A stretch of DNA of 27,967 bases from an uncultured Bacilli bacterium (GTDB lineage: Bacteria; Bacillota_I; Bacilli_A; RF39; UBA660). The notes beneath the pieces were generated by a model, which worked only from the letters and a program-made list of their open reading frames with translations, was not told where the DNA came from and made no database searches. Made by a program: the position numbers and the translations under genes. The DNA lies in NCBI GenBank assembly GCA_947626095.1, contig CANQQV010000019.1:1-27967 (forward strand), in the 5' to 3' direction. Within the stretch, counting starts at the first letter, position 1. Every line of letters begins with the position of its first letter. This document shows positions 8,467 to 18,204 of this stretch, in pieces.

Positions 8467-11400
8467 GATACAATAATCGTTCTTGAGGTGATAATTTTAG
8501 TTGAGTATCTAGAGTATCTAAGAGTTTATATAAATGATTGAGTTCTTTACCAGTTAGAAATTCTCTTTCACTGATATCATATATGGCCATTAATTCGTTT
8601 TTCGTACTTTTCTTTAAATCTTGACCATATTTTTTTAATAAAGCTATGACATCTTCTCTAGTTGCGGTACTAAAATCAAAGGCATTAGGATAGATATCTT
8701 TAATTAAATCATTAATTATATAGTATGATAAGTCTTCTTTTAAGCCATTGATATTACGACTACTAGTTATTTTATTAAAGTATCTTAAATAATATAGTTT
8801 ATGTTGATAAGACATATTTTGATGATTTCTTAAGTAATAAGCATAGATATCTTCAAATGAGAAAGTGGTTTCTTTAACGATACCATCTCTTAGTTTACAG
8901 ACACTGAGCATTAGATTACTAATAACTCGATTAATAGCGGATGTCTTTAAATCAAGGTTTAATTCCTTAATAATGGCTGGAACACTTTTGCGTTCGTCAC
9001 CATCCATACCAAATGCTAAGTTAAAGATTTTAATGGCTAAATCTAAATCACCATAAAATGGTAAATCAGGATTTTTAATAGCTTCTTCATAGTAAGCAAA
9101 ATCAAAAACTTTAGTATTATTTAAGTTATTCATAAGTTCATATAAGTTAATTTTAATTCTTTCCATAATACTAACCATTTGATGGAAGTTAACATGACAT
9201 TTAGTAGCTATTTCTTCATATGATAAACCGTTTTTATAGAAATCTTCTAATTTAATTCGATCACTAGGAGCAAAGTACTTTAATAATGGGATAATATCAG
9301 TATCATAATCGATTTTACCGTCAATTTCTTTATTTAAATATTTATAGATAGTAACGATAGCTCGTTGATATCTTCTTTTAAGACTACCTTTATTATCATT
9401 AAAGATACTAGTTAGTTCGTTAAGAGTTTTATATGGATAACCTTTAAGTTCAAATAGGTAACAGATTATTTCTTTTTCTTTAGGACTTATTGGTAGATGT
9501 TTATCATCTAATAGTTTATCTAGTTCTTGACGAGGAATATAAAGTAAATCAGGTTTTAAGATTCCTGCTTTACGGCTTTTAATTTTTCTAATAATGGTCA
9601 TATATTTATGCCAGTAACTTGCTTTAGTAAGTTTATATTTAGCTATTAGGCCATTATAATCTAGTTTAAGACCGGAAGGATTATAGCGATTAGTAAGACC
9701 TAAGTAGAAACTAATTAATTCTTTTTCAGAATCGTTTAAGACTGATTCACTTGAATGTTTATCGACTTCTTCTTTAATATCATTATCATCAATCGTAATA
9801 TCTTTAATTAAATAGCTTTCATATAAATTATTAAAATGTTTTAAAGCACTTTTAATAATATTAATATCTAGATTTAAGTAATCAGCAATATCTTCAGGCA
9901 TCATGTTTTCGACATAACGGCAGATAATTATTTTAGCTTCTTCTTTAGTTAGATTATTTTGATAATTTTTTAAGAATTCTTTTAATTTAGTTTTAGGAAT
10001 ATTTGAGGTAGTAGTAAGACCAAAACGGTAATTATCCATTTTTCGAATAGCATCGGTAATAATATTGGATATTCTAGTTTTATTTAAACCAGTTTTAGTA
10101 CTTATTTCATCGTATGATAAACCTTGAATAATAAACATATCAAGAATTTCTCTTGTTTCTTTAACAAAGTAATACTTAGGATTAGTAATATATTTTTTAT
10201 ATATATTTGGTTTAATTTCCACACGATAATTAGCTAGACCACTATATAGTTTAATGGCATAATCACGAGCTTCACGACATAAATCATGAGCTTTGATGTA
10301 GTCTAGTTTTAAAGTTTCAGCTATTTCACTGATAGAATAGACTTTGCCATTAACACCATAGTACATATCTAAAACTTGAATCCTTGAGGCACTTAGTTTA
10401 TCAGGATATTTCTTTTTTAATTGTTCGTACATTTCTTTAGTAAAAGTATTATCAAAGAATCTTAAGATATGATAGTAACTTCTTTCTAAACGATCAATTA
10501 AGAAATAGTAACGATAATATAAAGTTGAATCAGGATATTGGCTTTTAAATACACTTTTATCTTTTTGACCAAAGTAATATGTTTCTAAGAATAGTTGTTG
10601 CTCATCATTGAATTCGTTTTTTATTCTTAAATACTCTTGATATAACTTATCTTTAGGAACATTCATATCTTGATGTTTAAAACCAAATAAAGTTATATTG
10701 ATATCGATTAATAATTCTTCTTCCTTAAGACCTTTTCTAACTTTTTGGCCATAATATTTAGCGAGTAATCTTTCTTCATCAACTGTTAGATTATAGTCAA
10801 TGCTTTTAAAGAGATTTAAGATATCATCTAAACTCATACTACTATACTTAGCGGTTAGTTTTTGATAATCAATTTCTTTGGCACGTTTTGGAATATCAAT
10901 ATCAAAGATTTTAGTACCATAACTTTTAATAGTAGATAAACGATATTTTTGATATTTTTCTTGATTTTTAAATTTAGTTTGAAGTTTATTTCTTAAGCTT
11001 TGGTAAGCACTTTTTATATCGGCAACACTAACATTTAATTCATAAGCTAATTCTTCTAAGTTATAATTATATTTACTAAAGACTTTTAAATATAAGATTC
11101 TTTCTTCTAAGTATTCTAAATCAGCTTGAAGATATAAGTATTCAATTATTTTATCAGGATGTAACGGTTCTTTTTTTAAACGATTAACTCTTAGTCCTTC
11201 TCTTTTAGCAATATTATTATATGTACTAGTCATTTTAGTACTATTGGGACTCATATATATTTTTAACTTTTTTAGAGCTTTAGATTCTAATTGACGAATT
11301 CTTTCTCTAGTTAGATTAAAATAGGAAGCTGTTTGTTCTAAAGTATAGTCTTCCCCACTTAAAATACGATAATAAATAATAAAATAATGTAAAGGCGATA

Positions 11401-12088
11401 ATACTTCTTTTAAAGTTACTAATAAAGTATCATTGACCATGCGATTTAAGACATCGTCATAACCGGTTTCAGTACTAGGAATAAAATTGCCTAATTCAGT
11501 TTCAGAATCATCATCAACTGTTTGATCGATACTAACTGGAGTTTGATTGATTGCATCTCTGATGTTTTTTAAAGTTTCTTTACTGATATTAAGAGCAGTA
11601 CATATTTCTTCATCGCTTAATTTCTTACCACAAGAATTATTATCATTTATTAACTTTTTATAACGACGGATGGCTTCGATAAGATGAACTGGTTTTCTAA
11701 TGGTTGAATCTTTATCAGCAATAGCTCTAGTAATACCTTGTTTAATCCACCATACGGCATAAGTAGAAAAAGCACCCTTTTCCGGGTCATAATCTTCAAC
11801 GGCACGCATTAAACCCATATTACCTTCTTGAATAATATCTAAGATATCTAAATGTTTAATAATATTACGATAATGATTAGCCACACTAACTACTAATCTT
11901 AAATTACTATTAATTAGTAATTCACGGGCTTTATAATCACCAGTTTGATACTTTATTGCTAGTTCTTTTTGATCTTCACTAGATAGAATTGGATATTTAG
12001 AGATGTCGCGCATATATAATTTAAAGGCATTATCACTAAAGGTATTTACTAGTTCTTCGTCGGTTAATATTGTGATATCTTCATCCAT
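8456..12088 (-). CDS. Giant sigma-70 family protein: RpoD-like regions 1.2-4 plus ~930-aa tail of repeated region-4-like HTH units
   Basis: LYMRDISKYPILS (1.2), LINSNLRLVVSVA..DIIQEGNMGLMRAVEDYDP..FSTYAVWWIKQGITRAIAD (2), PVSID (3), YTLEQTASYFNLTRERIRQLESKALKKL (4). ATG at 12088 has AGGTG RBS (track start 12115). Confidence 0.85.
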   Translation of the reverse strand: MDEDITILTDEELVNTFSDNAFKLYMRDISKYPILSSEDQKELAIKYQTGDYKARELLINSNLRLVVSVANHYRNIIKHLDILDIIQEGNMGLMRAVEDYDPEKGAFSTYAVWWIKQGITRAIADKDSTIRKPVHLIEAIRRYKKLINDNNSCGKKLSDEEICTALNISKETLKNIRDAINQTPVSIDQTVDDDSETELGNFIPSTETGYDDVLNRMVNDTLLVTLKEVLSPLHYFIIYYRILSGEDYTLEQTASYFNLTRERIRQLESKALKKLKIYMSPNSTKMTSTYNNIAKREGLRVNRLKKEPLHPDKIIEYLYLQADLEYLEERILYLKVFSKYNYNLEELAYELNVSVADIKSAYQSLRNKLQTKFKNQEKYQKYRLSTIKSYGTKIFDIDIPKRAKEIDYQKLTAKYSSMSLDDILNLFKSIDYNLTVDEERLLAKYYGQKVRKGLKEEELLIDINITLFGFKHQDMNVPKDKLYQEYLRIKNEFNDEQQLFLETYYFGQKDKSVFKSQYPDSTLYYRYYFLIDRLERSYYHILRFFDNTFTKEMYEQLKKKYPDKLSASRIQVLDMYYGVNGKVYSISEIAETLKLDYIKAHDLCREARDYAIKLYSGLANYRVEIKPNIYKKYITNPKYYFVKETREILDMFIIQGLSYDEISTKTGLNKTRISNIITDAIRKMDNYRFGLTTTSNIPKTKLKEFLKNYQNNLTKEEAKIIICRYVENMMPEDIADYLNLDINIIKSALKHFNNLYESYLIKDITIDDNDIKEEVDKHSSESVLNDSEKELISFYLGLTNRYNPSGLKLDYNGLIAKYKLTKASYWHKYMTIIRKIKSRKAGILKPDLLYIPRQELDKLLDDKHLPISPKEKEIICYLFELKGYPYKTLNELTSIFNDNKGSLKRRYQRAIVTIYKYLNKEIDGKIDYDTDIIPLLKYFAPSDRIKLEDFYKNGLSYEEIATKCHVNFHQMVSIMERIKINLYELMNNLNNTKVFDFAYYEEAIKNPDLPFYGDLDLAIKIFNLAFGMDGDERKSVPAIIKELNLDLKTSAINRVISNLMLSVCKLRDGIVKETTFSFEDIYAYYLRNHQNMSYQHKLYYLRYFNKITSSRNINGLKEDLSYYIINDLIKDIYPNAFDFSTATREDVIALLKKYGQDLKKSTKNELMAIYDISEREFLTGKELNHLYKLLDTLDTQLKLSPQERLLYRKD

Positions 12089-12127
12089 AAAAAACACCTG
12101 ATTCTTATTATACAATAAAAAAAAGAA

Positions 12128-12991
12128 TTATAAACTTTTTTTTAAGCTATTTAATTCTTCTTCAAACATTGTTTTATGGTTAGGACCATATATACCTAAG
12201 GTATTTAATAATTCAATTGTAGTCATTTCATGATTTAGGACTTTTTTAACTAATCCCATAATTAGTTTTTCATCAGCTAAATACATATGGTATAGTATTA
12301 AAGCATAATAGAAACTATTTAAATACTGACCAGTACGCGTAGCAATTATTTTATAAAGATCTTTATCTTTAAATTCCTTTTTCATTATTTGACGAACCCT
12401 AGTATATTTTTTCTTAGAATCACTCATTAAATACATACGGGCATTAAGCCATGTCTTATATATTTCCTGATAATTCTTTTTGGCTATTACAAATTCGTAG
12501 AATAAAGGAATAACATCTCCAACTCTGCGTGCATTAATATATTCTTGATAATTAGTTTCTTTTATAGAATGAATATGTTCATGGCCAAGAAATATTGGGG
12601 CTAATTCAGAAATATGCATTGGAACTTTATAATGTTGAACTACTCCTGAATTCGTTACAACTTCTTTCTTTTTAGCATCATAATTATAAGTTATTTGACA
12701 AGAATATAATAAATCATCTGTATAAGCTACTATACATTTAGTTCTTCTAGCTATATCTTTAACTTTAGTTGCATAATCTTCACCAAACAACATAAGATCA
12801 TCACTACTTAAATCAATAGCTTGGGATAATTGATAAGTTCTATCAGCCATTGACGCATTAGCATTATAATCAACAAGTCTACTAGCAACATAGCTAGATA
12901 CTGTCTTATCAGTATCCGTAAAGCAATTAAAACCTAAGGCATCAAATGCCTTTTTTTCTTGTACAAGTTTTTGCTTCATCACACTATCCAT
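12128..12991 (-). CDS. Hypothetical protein with HExxH zinc-metallopeptidase-like motif
   Basis: LGHEHIHS followed by DVIPLFYE; ATG at 12991 has GAGGG RBS (track start 13015 abuts the -10 box). Confidence 0.6.
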   Translation of the reverse strand: MDSVMKQKLVQEKKAFDALGFNCFTDTDKTVSSYVASRLVDYNANASMADRTYQLSQAIDLSSDDLMLFGEDYATKVKDIARRTKCIVAYTDDLLYSCQITYNYDAKKKEVVTNSGVVQHYKVPMHISELAPIFLGHEHIHSIKETNYQEYINARRVGDVIPLFYEFVIAKKNYQEIYKTWLNARMYLMSDSKKKYTRVRQIMKKEFKDKDLYKIIATRTGQYLNSFYYALILYHMYLADEKLIMGLVKKVLNHEMTTIELLNTLGIYGPNHKTMFEEELNSLKKSL

Positions 12992-13015
12992 AAATAATCC
13001 CTCACTAGTTCGCAT

Positions 13016-13044
13016 ATTATAACATCATCCATAATATTTGTAAA
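13016..13044 (-). promoter_or_regulatory. SigA-type promoter
   Basis: TTTACA-17 nt-TATAAT with extended TG. Confidence 0.7.
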
Positions 13045-13052
13045 AAACACCA

Positions 13053-13082
13053 TAAAAAAGCCTATTAAAATTAATAGGTTTT
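13053..13082 (-). terminator. Intrinsic terminator after obgE-GNAT
   Basis: CCTATTAA-tt-TTAATAGG hairpin followed by T6 on minus. Confidence 0.55.
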
Positions 13083-13547
13083 ATCATCTTGAACATTTAA
13101 CGTATAAGCGATATTTTTAACTTTAAAGCCAACCTTTTCATATAGATGTCTAGCATTTTCATTTTCTTCATTAACAGTTAAACGAATTATTGTAAAGTTA
13201 TTTTGTTTAGCATAATCTTTAACAAATTCTAATAATTTAAAACCAATTCCTTGATTACGATAAGTATCTAAAACACCCATGGCATCAATATCAAGTTGTT
13301 TACGATATCTATAACCATTTTTCTTACTTTCTCTCCTTGATAAAAGAACATAGCCAACAACAATATTATCTATTTTGACAACAAAGATATTATGTTCTTT
13401 AATTAATTCACTTAATTCTTCTTTACTAATAATACTATCAGTATGTTCAAAGATATCAGGACGCCATTTAACATGAAGTTCGTGAACTTGTAAGGCAATT
13501 GTATCAATAGCGTTTAAATCAGTTAATTGGGGTAATTCTATTTTCAT
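13071..13547 (-). CDS. GNAT family N-acetyltransferase
   Basis: YRNQGIGFKLL acetyl-CoA motif, VNEENENARHLYEKVGF. Confidence 0.92.
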   Translation of the reverse strand: MKIELPQLTDLNAIDTIALQVHELHVKWRPDIFEHTDSIISKEELSELIKEHNIFVVKIDNIVVGYVLLSRRESKKNGYRYRKQLDIDAMGVLDTYRNQGIGFKLLEFVKDYAKQNNFTIIRLTVNEENENARHLYEKVGFKVKNIAYTLNVQDDKTY

Positions 13548-13560
13548 AAAGCAATCTTTC

Positions 13561-14838
13561 CTATTCTTTAAAGGTAAACATGAAGTCTAAGATTTGAACG
13601 TCATCACCTTTTTGAGCACCAAGACGTTCTAATTCATCATCAACACCCATACCTCTTAATTTACGAGCAAATCTTTGAACTGATTCATCTTCTTGGAATT
13701 TAGTCATTTTAAGGAGTTTTTCGATTTCAGCGCCTTTAAGAATCCAAACACCACTATCATCACGAGTAATAGTATATGGTTTTTCGTTTTTAAATTTATA
13801 GATAACATGACTTTCTAAAGTTTCTTCTTCATAAATTGGTTCTTCTTCGATGGTTGCTAATAAATCAGCTAAACGAATAATCATTTTATCTAAGCCTTCA
13901 TTATTAATGGCACTTAATTCAATTATTTCTTTGGTAGGATAAGCTTTTTTAAATTTAACTAAATTATCTTTAGCATCTGGTAAATCCATTTTATTTGCAA
14001 TGATTATTTCTTTTTTATTAGCTAGTTTAGCATTATATGATTCAATTTCTTTTCTAATTATTTGATAATCAGTGATTGGATCTCGTCCTTCAAAAGAACC
14101 CATATCAATAACATGAGCTATTATCTTAGTACGCATAGCATGTTTTAAGAATTTTTCGCCAAGACCAGCTCCACTACTAGCGCCTTCAATTAAACCTGGT
14201 AAATCAGCCATAATAAAAGAACGATTATCTTTTAGTTTAACAACGCCTAAGTTAGGACTTAAGGTTGTAAAATGGTAAGAAGCGATTTTAGGGTTAGCAC
14301 TACTTATTAAAGATAAAATAGTACTCTTACCAACTGATGGCATGCCAACTAAACCAACATCAGCTAATACTTTTAGTTCACATTTAACAATACGTTCTTC
14401 ACCTGGTTCACCATATTCACTCATTTTAGGGGCTGGTTCTTCTTGGGTAGCAAAAGCTCTATTACCACGACCACCTCGACCACCATGGCAAACAACAAAG
14501 GTATCACCATCGTTAACTAAATCACAAATGACTAATCCAGTTTCATCATCTGTTAAAGTGGTTCCTTCAGGAACTTTAACAATTATATCTTCAGCATTAG
14601 CACCATGTTTGTTACTTCCTTTTCCATTAACTCCTTTAGTTCCTTTAATTATTTTAGCGTATTTTAAATCAACTAAGGTTTTTAACCCTTTTTCAACTTT
14701 AAAGATGATATCAGAGCCTTTACCACCGTTACCACCATCAGGGCCACCAAAAGGAATAAATTTTTCTCTTCTAAAAGAAGTACAACCATCGCCACCTTTA
14801 CCAGCAATAAGTTTTATGACAACTTCATCGATAAACAT
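13561..14838 (-). CDS. obgE: GTPase ObgE
   Basis: Gly-rich Obg domain, LADVGLVGMPSVGKST, FTTL, DLPG, NKMD, C-terminal OCT domain. Confidence 0.98.
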   Translation of the reverse strand: MFIDEVVIKLIAGKGGDGCTSFRREKFIPFGGPDGGNGGKGSDIIFKVEKGLKTLVDLKYAKIIKGTKGVNGKGSNKHGANAEDIIVKVPEGTTLTDDETGLVICDLVNDGDTFVVCHGGRGGRGNRAFATQEEPAPKMSEYGEPGEERIVKCELKVLADVGLVGMPSVGKSTILSLISSANPKIASYHFTTLSPNLGVVKLKDNRSFIMADLPGLIEGASSGAGLGEKFLKHAMRTKIIAHVIDMGSFEGRDPITDYQIIRKEIESYNAKLANKKEIIIANKMDLPDAKDNLVKFKKAYPTKEIIELSAINNEGLDKMIIRLADLLATIEEEPIYEEETLESHVIYKFKNEKPYTITRDDSGVWILKGAEIEKLLKMTKFQEDESVQRFARKLRGMGVDDELERLGAQKGDDVQILDFMFTFKE

Positions 14839-15219
14839 TTAAATCACCTTCTCTTTATTAGGATGCACTAATTTTTCATGATGTTCTAACATCACTTTTA
14901 ATAATTTACAAATTAACTCGATACTTTTATCTACTTGACCTTGTTTAGCAAAGTACTTTTGGAGATGATCTACTTGGGACATACGAGATAAGATTTCTTG
15001 CTTTTCAGGTAGTAATTCTGGCGGATAGCCTTCAGTTCCCATTATAGTTAGACCATTAGCAACAAAACCGAATAATAAGTTGATCGCATTATATTGTCTT
15101 TCACTAATTAAGTAATCACAATCAAGTAGATCACCACTTATATAGGCAGTAAAGCGATCACGATATATATCGCCTAATGGTAATTCGTAAATTTTATTAT
15201 CTAATTTAGCTTTTAACAT
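14839..15219 (-). CDS. Hypothetical protein between rpmA and obgE
   Basis: 126-aa ORF abutting the obgE start, with TGnTATAAT at ~15239-15247 upstream; no recognisable motif. Confidence 0.7.
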   Translation of the reverse strand: MLKAKLDNKIYELPLGDIYRDRFTAYISGDLLDCDYLISERQYNAINLLFGFVANGLTIMGTEGYPPELLPEKQEILSRMSQVDHLQKYFAKQGQVDKSIELICKLLKVMLEHHEKLVHPNKEKVI

Positions 15220-15252
15220 TATATCATCTCTTAAAGAGATTATAACATAAAC

Positions 15253-15275
15253 AAAGGACCTATATAAGGTCCTTT
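15253..15275 (-). terminator. Terminator hairpin after rpmA
   Basis: AAAGGACCT-5 nt-AGGTCCTTT perfect inverted repeat. Confidence 0.8.
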
Positions 15276-15277
15276 AA

Positions 15278-15562
15278 TTAAGCTTCGTAAACACTAACTT
15301 TTTTCTTATCTCTACCTAGTCTTTCATATTTAACTACACCAGAGACTTTAGCAAATAAAGTGTGGTCTTTACCCATTCCAACATTTGCACCAGGAAAAAT
15401 CTTAGTTCCTCTTTGACGGTATAATATACTTCCTGCTGATACAGTTTGACCATCAGCAGCTTTAGCACCTAATCTACGACCTCTAGAATCTCTACCGTTT
15501 TGTGTAGAACCTTGAGCTTTAACGTGAGCGAATAATTGGATATTTAATTTCATCAATTGCAT
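15278..15562 (-). CDS. rpmA: 50S ribosomal protein L27 with Prp-cleavable N-terminal extension
   Basis: KLNIQLF/AH extension, [23 protein letters not shown]. Confidence 0.98.
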   Translation of the reverse strand: MQLMKLNIQLFAHVKAQGSTQNGRDSRGRRLGAKAADGQTVSAGSILYRQRGTKIFPGANVGMGKDHTLFAKVSGVVKYERLGRDKKKVSVYEA

Positions 15563-15565
15563 ATT

Positions 15566-15874
15566 CTAAACCTCATTTCTAATCTCAATATTTTTGGGAT
15601 ACTCTTTTTGTAAATCTTCTAACATCATTACTAAGTTATTTAATAATTTTTCATTTACTTCAGTATCTTTTAAGACTCTAATTTTTAAATAACCAGAGTT
15701 TTCTTCGTAATCAATAGATTCATCTAAGACGATGATATTATTAACTGTCGTTTCCGCCATTGTACTAACAGCAGCACAAACAATATCTTTACCCATATCA
15801 TCATAATTAGCATGACCTTTTATTACAAGTTCATAAACCTTTTTATTACTTCTTTTGACGTTAATCTTAATCAT
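15566..15874 (-). CDS. prp: Ribosomal-processing cysteine protease Prp (YsxB)
   Basis: GHA...G.DIVCAAVS motif; located between rplU and rpmA. Confidence 0.95.
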   Translation of the reverse strand: MIKINVKRSNKKVYELVIKGHANYDDMGKDIVCAAVSTMAETTVNNIIVLDESIDYEENSGYLKIRVLKDTEVNEKLLNNLVMMLEDLQKEYPKNIEIRNEV

Positions 15875-15876
15875 AG

Positions 15877-16182
15877 TTATTTACTAATTTTCTTAACAAT
15901 TAACTTAGTATATGGTTGTCTATGGCCTTGTCTATTACGGAATTTTTTCTTAGGTCTGTATTTGAAAACAAGTACCTTTTTTTGTTTCCCATGTTTTTCT
16001 ACAGAACAAACAACTTTTGCACCGTCAACTACTGGATTACCAGCAACACCATCAACATATAATACTTCAGTAAAAGTAACATCGCTACCTACTTCAGCAT
16101 CAAGTTTTTCAACATAAATAGTATCGCCTTCAGAAACATAATATTGTTTACCACCAGTAACAAATATAGCTTTCATCTTCAT
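15877..16182 (-). CDS. rplU: 50S ribosomal protein L21
   Basis: TGGKQY, VEKL, GHRQPYT; AAGGAGG RBS. Confidence 0.98.
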   Translation of the reverse strand: MKMKAIFVTGGKQYYVSEGDTIYVEKLDAEVGSDVTFTEVLYVDGVAGNPVVDGAKVVCSVEKHGKQKKVLVFKYRPKKKFRNRQGHRQPYTKLIVKKISK

Positions 16183-16185
16183 ACC

Positions 16186-16266
16186 TCCTTATAAAATTTT
16201 AAGACGCGCCCTTAAGGTGACTTAAAGTTCTTATAACCTTTTTAGTGCGGTTTTGATGATTGCTTC
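16186..16266 (-). ncRNA. L21 leader (cis-regulatory RNA)
   Basis: 5'UTR of rplU with ACCGCAC...AAGGT...ACCTT...GGCGCGTCT elements resembling the Firmicute L21 leader as recalled; not model-checked. Confidence 0.6.
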
Positions 16267-16278
16267 AAAACATTTAGA

Positions 16279-16307
16279 ATTATAACAAATGATTAGGGAT
16301 AAGTCAA
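16279..16307 (-). promoter_or_regulatory. SigA promoter of rplU-prp-rpmA
   Basis: TTGACT-17 nt-TATAAT with extended TG. Confidence 0.85.
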
Positions 16308-16315
16308 TTAAAACC

Positions 16316-17359
16316 TTATTTTAAGACGAGTTTTTGCCCTTTATCTTCATAATCACTATAACGAGAAATTTGTTGCTCGTAATAACTGATATTTTCTAAG
16401 CGTCTAATTATATAATTATAAAATTGAATAATAGCTTCTCTTTGTTGCCAAAACGTATTAAGCGCATAATCATGAGCTATGGCAATATCTTGACCATTTA
16501 AATTAGCACGATTGGCTTTTCTAACACCAACATAACTATCATAATTTACTAGACGATGTTCACAAATTAAAGTAGTATAACCAATAACATATTGACGATC
16601 TTGGGATTTATCACCGATAATTTGAGCAAATTTTTCGTCGCTATCAAAGATAGCAACTTTTTCCCATGTAGGATCAATTATGTATTTACCGAATCGATCT
16701 TTAACACAAACAACAGCATGGTTTATGGAAGATGGCATTACTCTGGTCTTTATATTACTAATCAGATTATTTTTGGAACCACAAACTGATAAATAAGAAG
16801 CAGTAAAACCAAGTTTTTCATAAAGATCTTTTAAGTTGGCAGCAATATGACGACATACACCAGTTCCACTACTAATACGAGCACCATACGCTTCAGGACA
16901 TATACCACTATCGTAATCATATTTATGATATTCAAAAGTACCTGGAGCTGATAAAAAACCATTATATAATAGTTCTTGATAGAACATGCCAATTTCTAAA
17001 CTATTTTGTAAATTTAAACTACGAATAAAATTAGCTAAATCAGTTATAACAGAATCATATATTTCAGTACAATAATAGTATTCTTCAGTATTACGTATTA
17101 ATTGCTTATGATATTCTGTAGAAAAATCACGAGTATCTTTTAAGGCTTTAACAACAGATGAAGTTAAAGCATAGCCAGTGGCACCTGTAATAATAGGAAA
17201 AATCATATTAGTGTCGCCCATAGTTAAAGTAAAACCTAAGCTGGTTAAAAAAGATATCAGTTTAGCAATATGTTCTTGATCAGTTAAAAAACTAGCTAAT
17301 TGATTTTTATAAGCATTATCTACTTTATTTCTTATATTTCTAATTTGTCTAGTCGTCAT
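16316..17359 (-). CDS. Transglutaminase-like / papain-fold Cys-His-Asp protein
   Basis: GTGVCRHIA, NHAVVCV, YIIDPTW; hydrophobic hairpin near N-terminus; ATG at 17359 with AGAGGG RBS (the track's TTG at 17416 is part of the -35 box). Confidence 0.75.
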   Translation of the reverse strand: MTTRQIRNIRNKVDNAYKNQLASFLTDQEHIAKLISFLTSLGFTLTMGDTNMIFPIITGATGYALTSSVVKALKDTRDFSTEYHKQLIRNTEEYYYCTEIYDSVITDLANFIRSLNLQNSLEIGMFYQELLYNGFLSAPGTFEYHKYDYDSGICPEAYGARISSGTGVCRHIAANLKDLYEKLGFTASYLSVCGSKNNLISNIKTRVMPSSINHAVVCVKDRFGKYIIDPTWEKVAIFDSDEKFAQIIGDKSQDRQYVIGYTTLICEHRLVNYDSYVGVRKANRANLNGQDIAIAHDYALNTFWQQREAIIQFYNYIIRRLENISYYEQQISRYSDYEDKGQKLVLK

Positions 17360-17387
17360 AACTAGCCCTCTTTTCATTCCGTTTAAA

Positions 17388-17416
17388 ATAGTACTAAATA
17401 TTAGATATTTTGTCAA
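17388..17416 (-). promoter_or_regulatory. SigA-type promoter for the transglutaminase-like gene
   Basis: TTGACA-17 nt-TACTAT, overlapping the upstream gene's TGA stop. Confidence 0.65.
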
Positions 17417-18204
17417 AAATAACTGTGATATTTGATTTTTTTTAAATAATCTTTTTCATTAATATAATGGTCCTTATTTTTATAAAAATAATATTTATCA
17501 AGGCGCATATCTTTAATATTATGAGAATTATTAATAATAGCATTGTAGTAGTTATTATATAATATTCTTTCTAAATAAAATTTGTTAAGGACATGTTTTT
17601 CTTCTTTGATTACTTCGTATAATTTACTTATTAAGTAGATATATAAGATAAGATCATTAACTTTATAAAAACAATTAAATAAGATATATAAGATAAGCGT
17701 AATACAACCGATAATAATCATCAAATGATAACTTTTAGAGTAAGATAGATATTTACTTAAGATAGCTAATAGTAGTTTACTACCATCTAAAGGAATAATA
17801 GGTATGAGATTAAAAAGAATGATATTAGTATTATATATTTTAAAAAGATTATAAGTACTAAAGACAATGACATTATACTGGTATAATAGAAAGATAAAGA
17901 AAAAGAAAATTATTTGAAAGATTATACCACCTAAACTAATTAAAAGGTCTTTATATATTCGTTCGTGAATTTTTTTATTAATGTAACTAACACCACCAAA
18001 TGGATAGATAACTATTTCTAAAATCTTGATATTAAAAAGGCGAAAGAAAAATACATGACCTAATTCATGTATTATAACAATACTAAAGATAATACTGATG
18101 TTTTTGATATAACCAGCAATTAAAGCCATAAAAATAATAAGATAAGTACTATAATCAATTTTTATTTTAGGCAATATAGTCTTCATAGTTAATCGTTTTA
18201 TCAT
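17413..18204 (-). CDS. spoIVFB: M50 intramembrane metalloprotease, SpoIVFB-like
   Basis: IIHELGH, IYPFGG, FNLIPIIPLDG; Bacillus-type position upstream of rplU. Start may be 18186. Confidence 0.8.
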   Translation of the reverse strand: MIKRLTMKTILPKIKIDYSTYLIIFMALIAGYIKNISIIFSIVIIHELGHVFFFRLFNIKILEIVIYPFGGVSYINKKIHERIYKDLLISLGGIIFQIIFFFFIFLLYQYNVIVFSTYNLFKIYNTNIILFNLIPIIPLDGSKLLLAILSKYLSYSKSYHLMIIIGCITLILYILFNCFYKVNDLILYIYLISKLYEVIKEEKHVLNKFYLERILYNNYYNAIINNSHNIKDMRLDKYYFYKNKDHYINEKDYLKKIKYHSYF

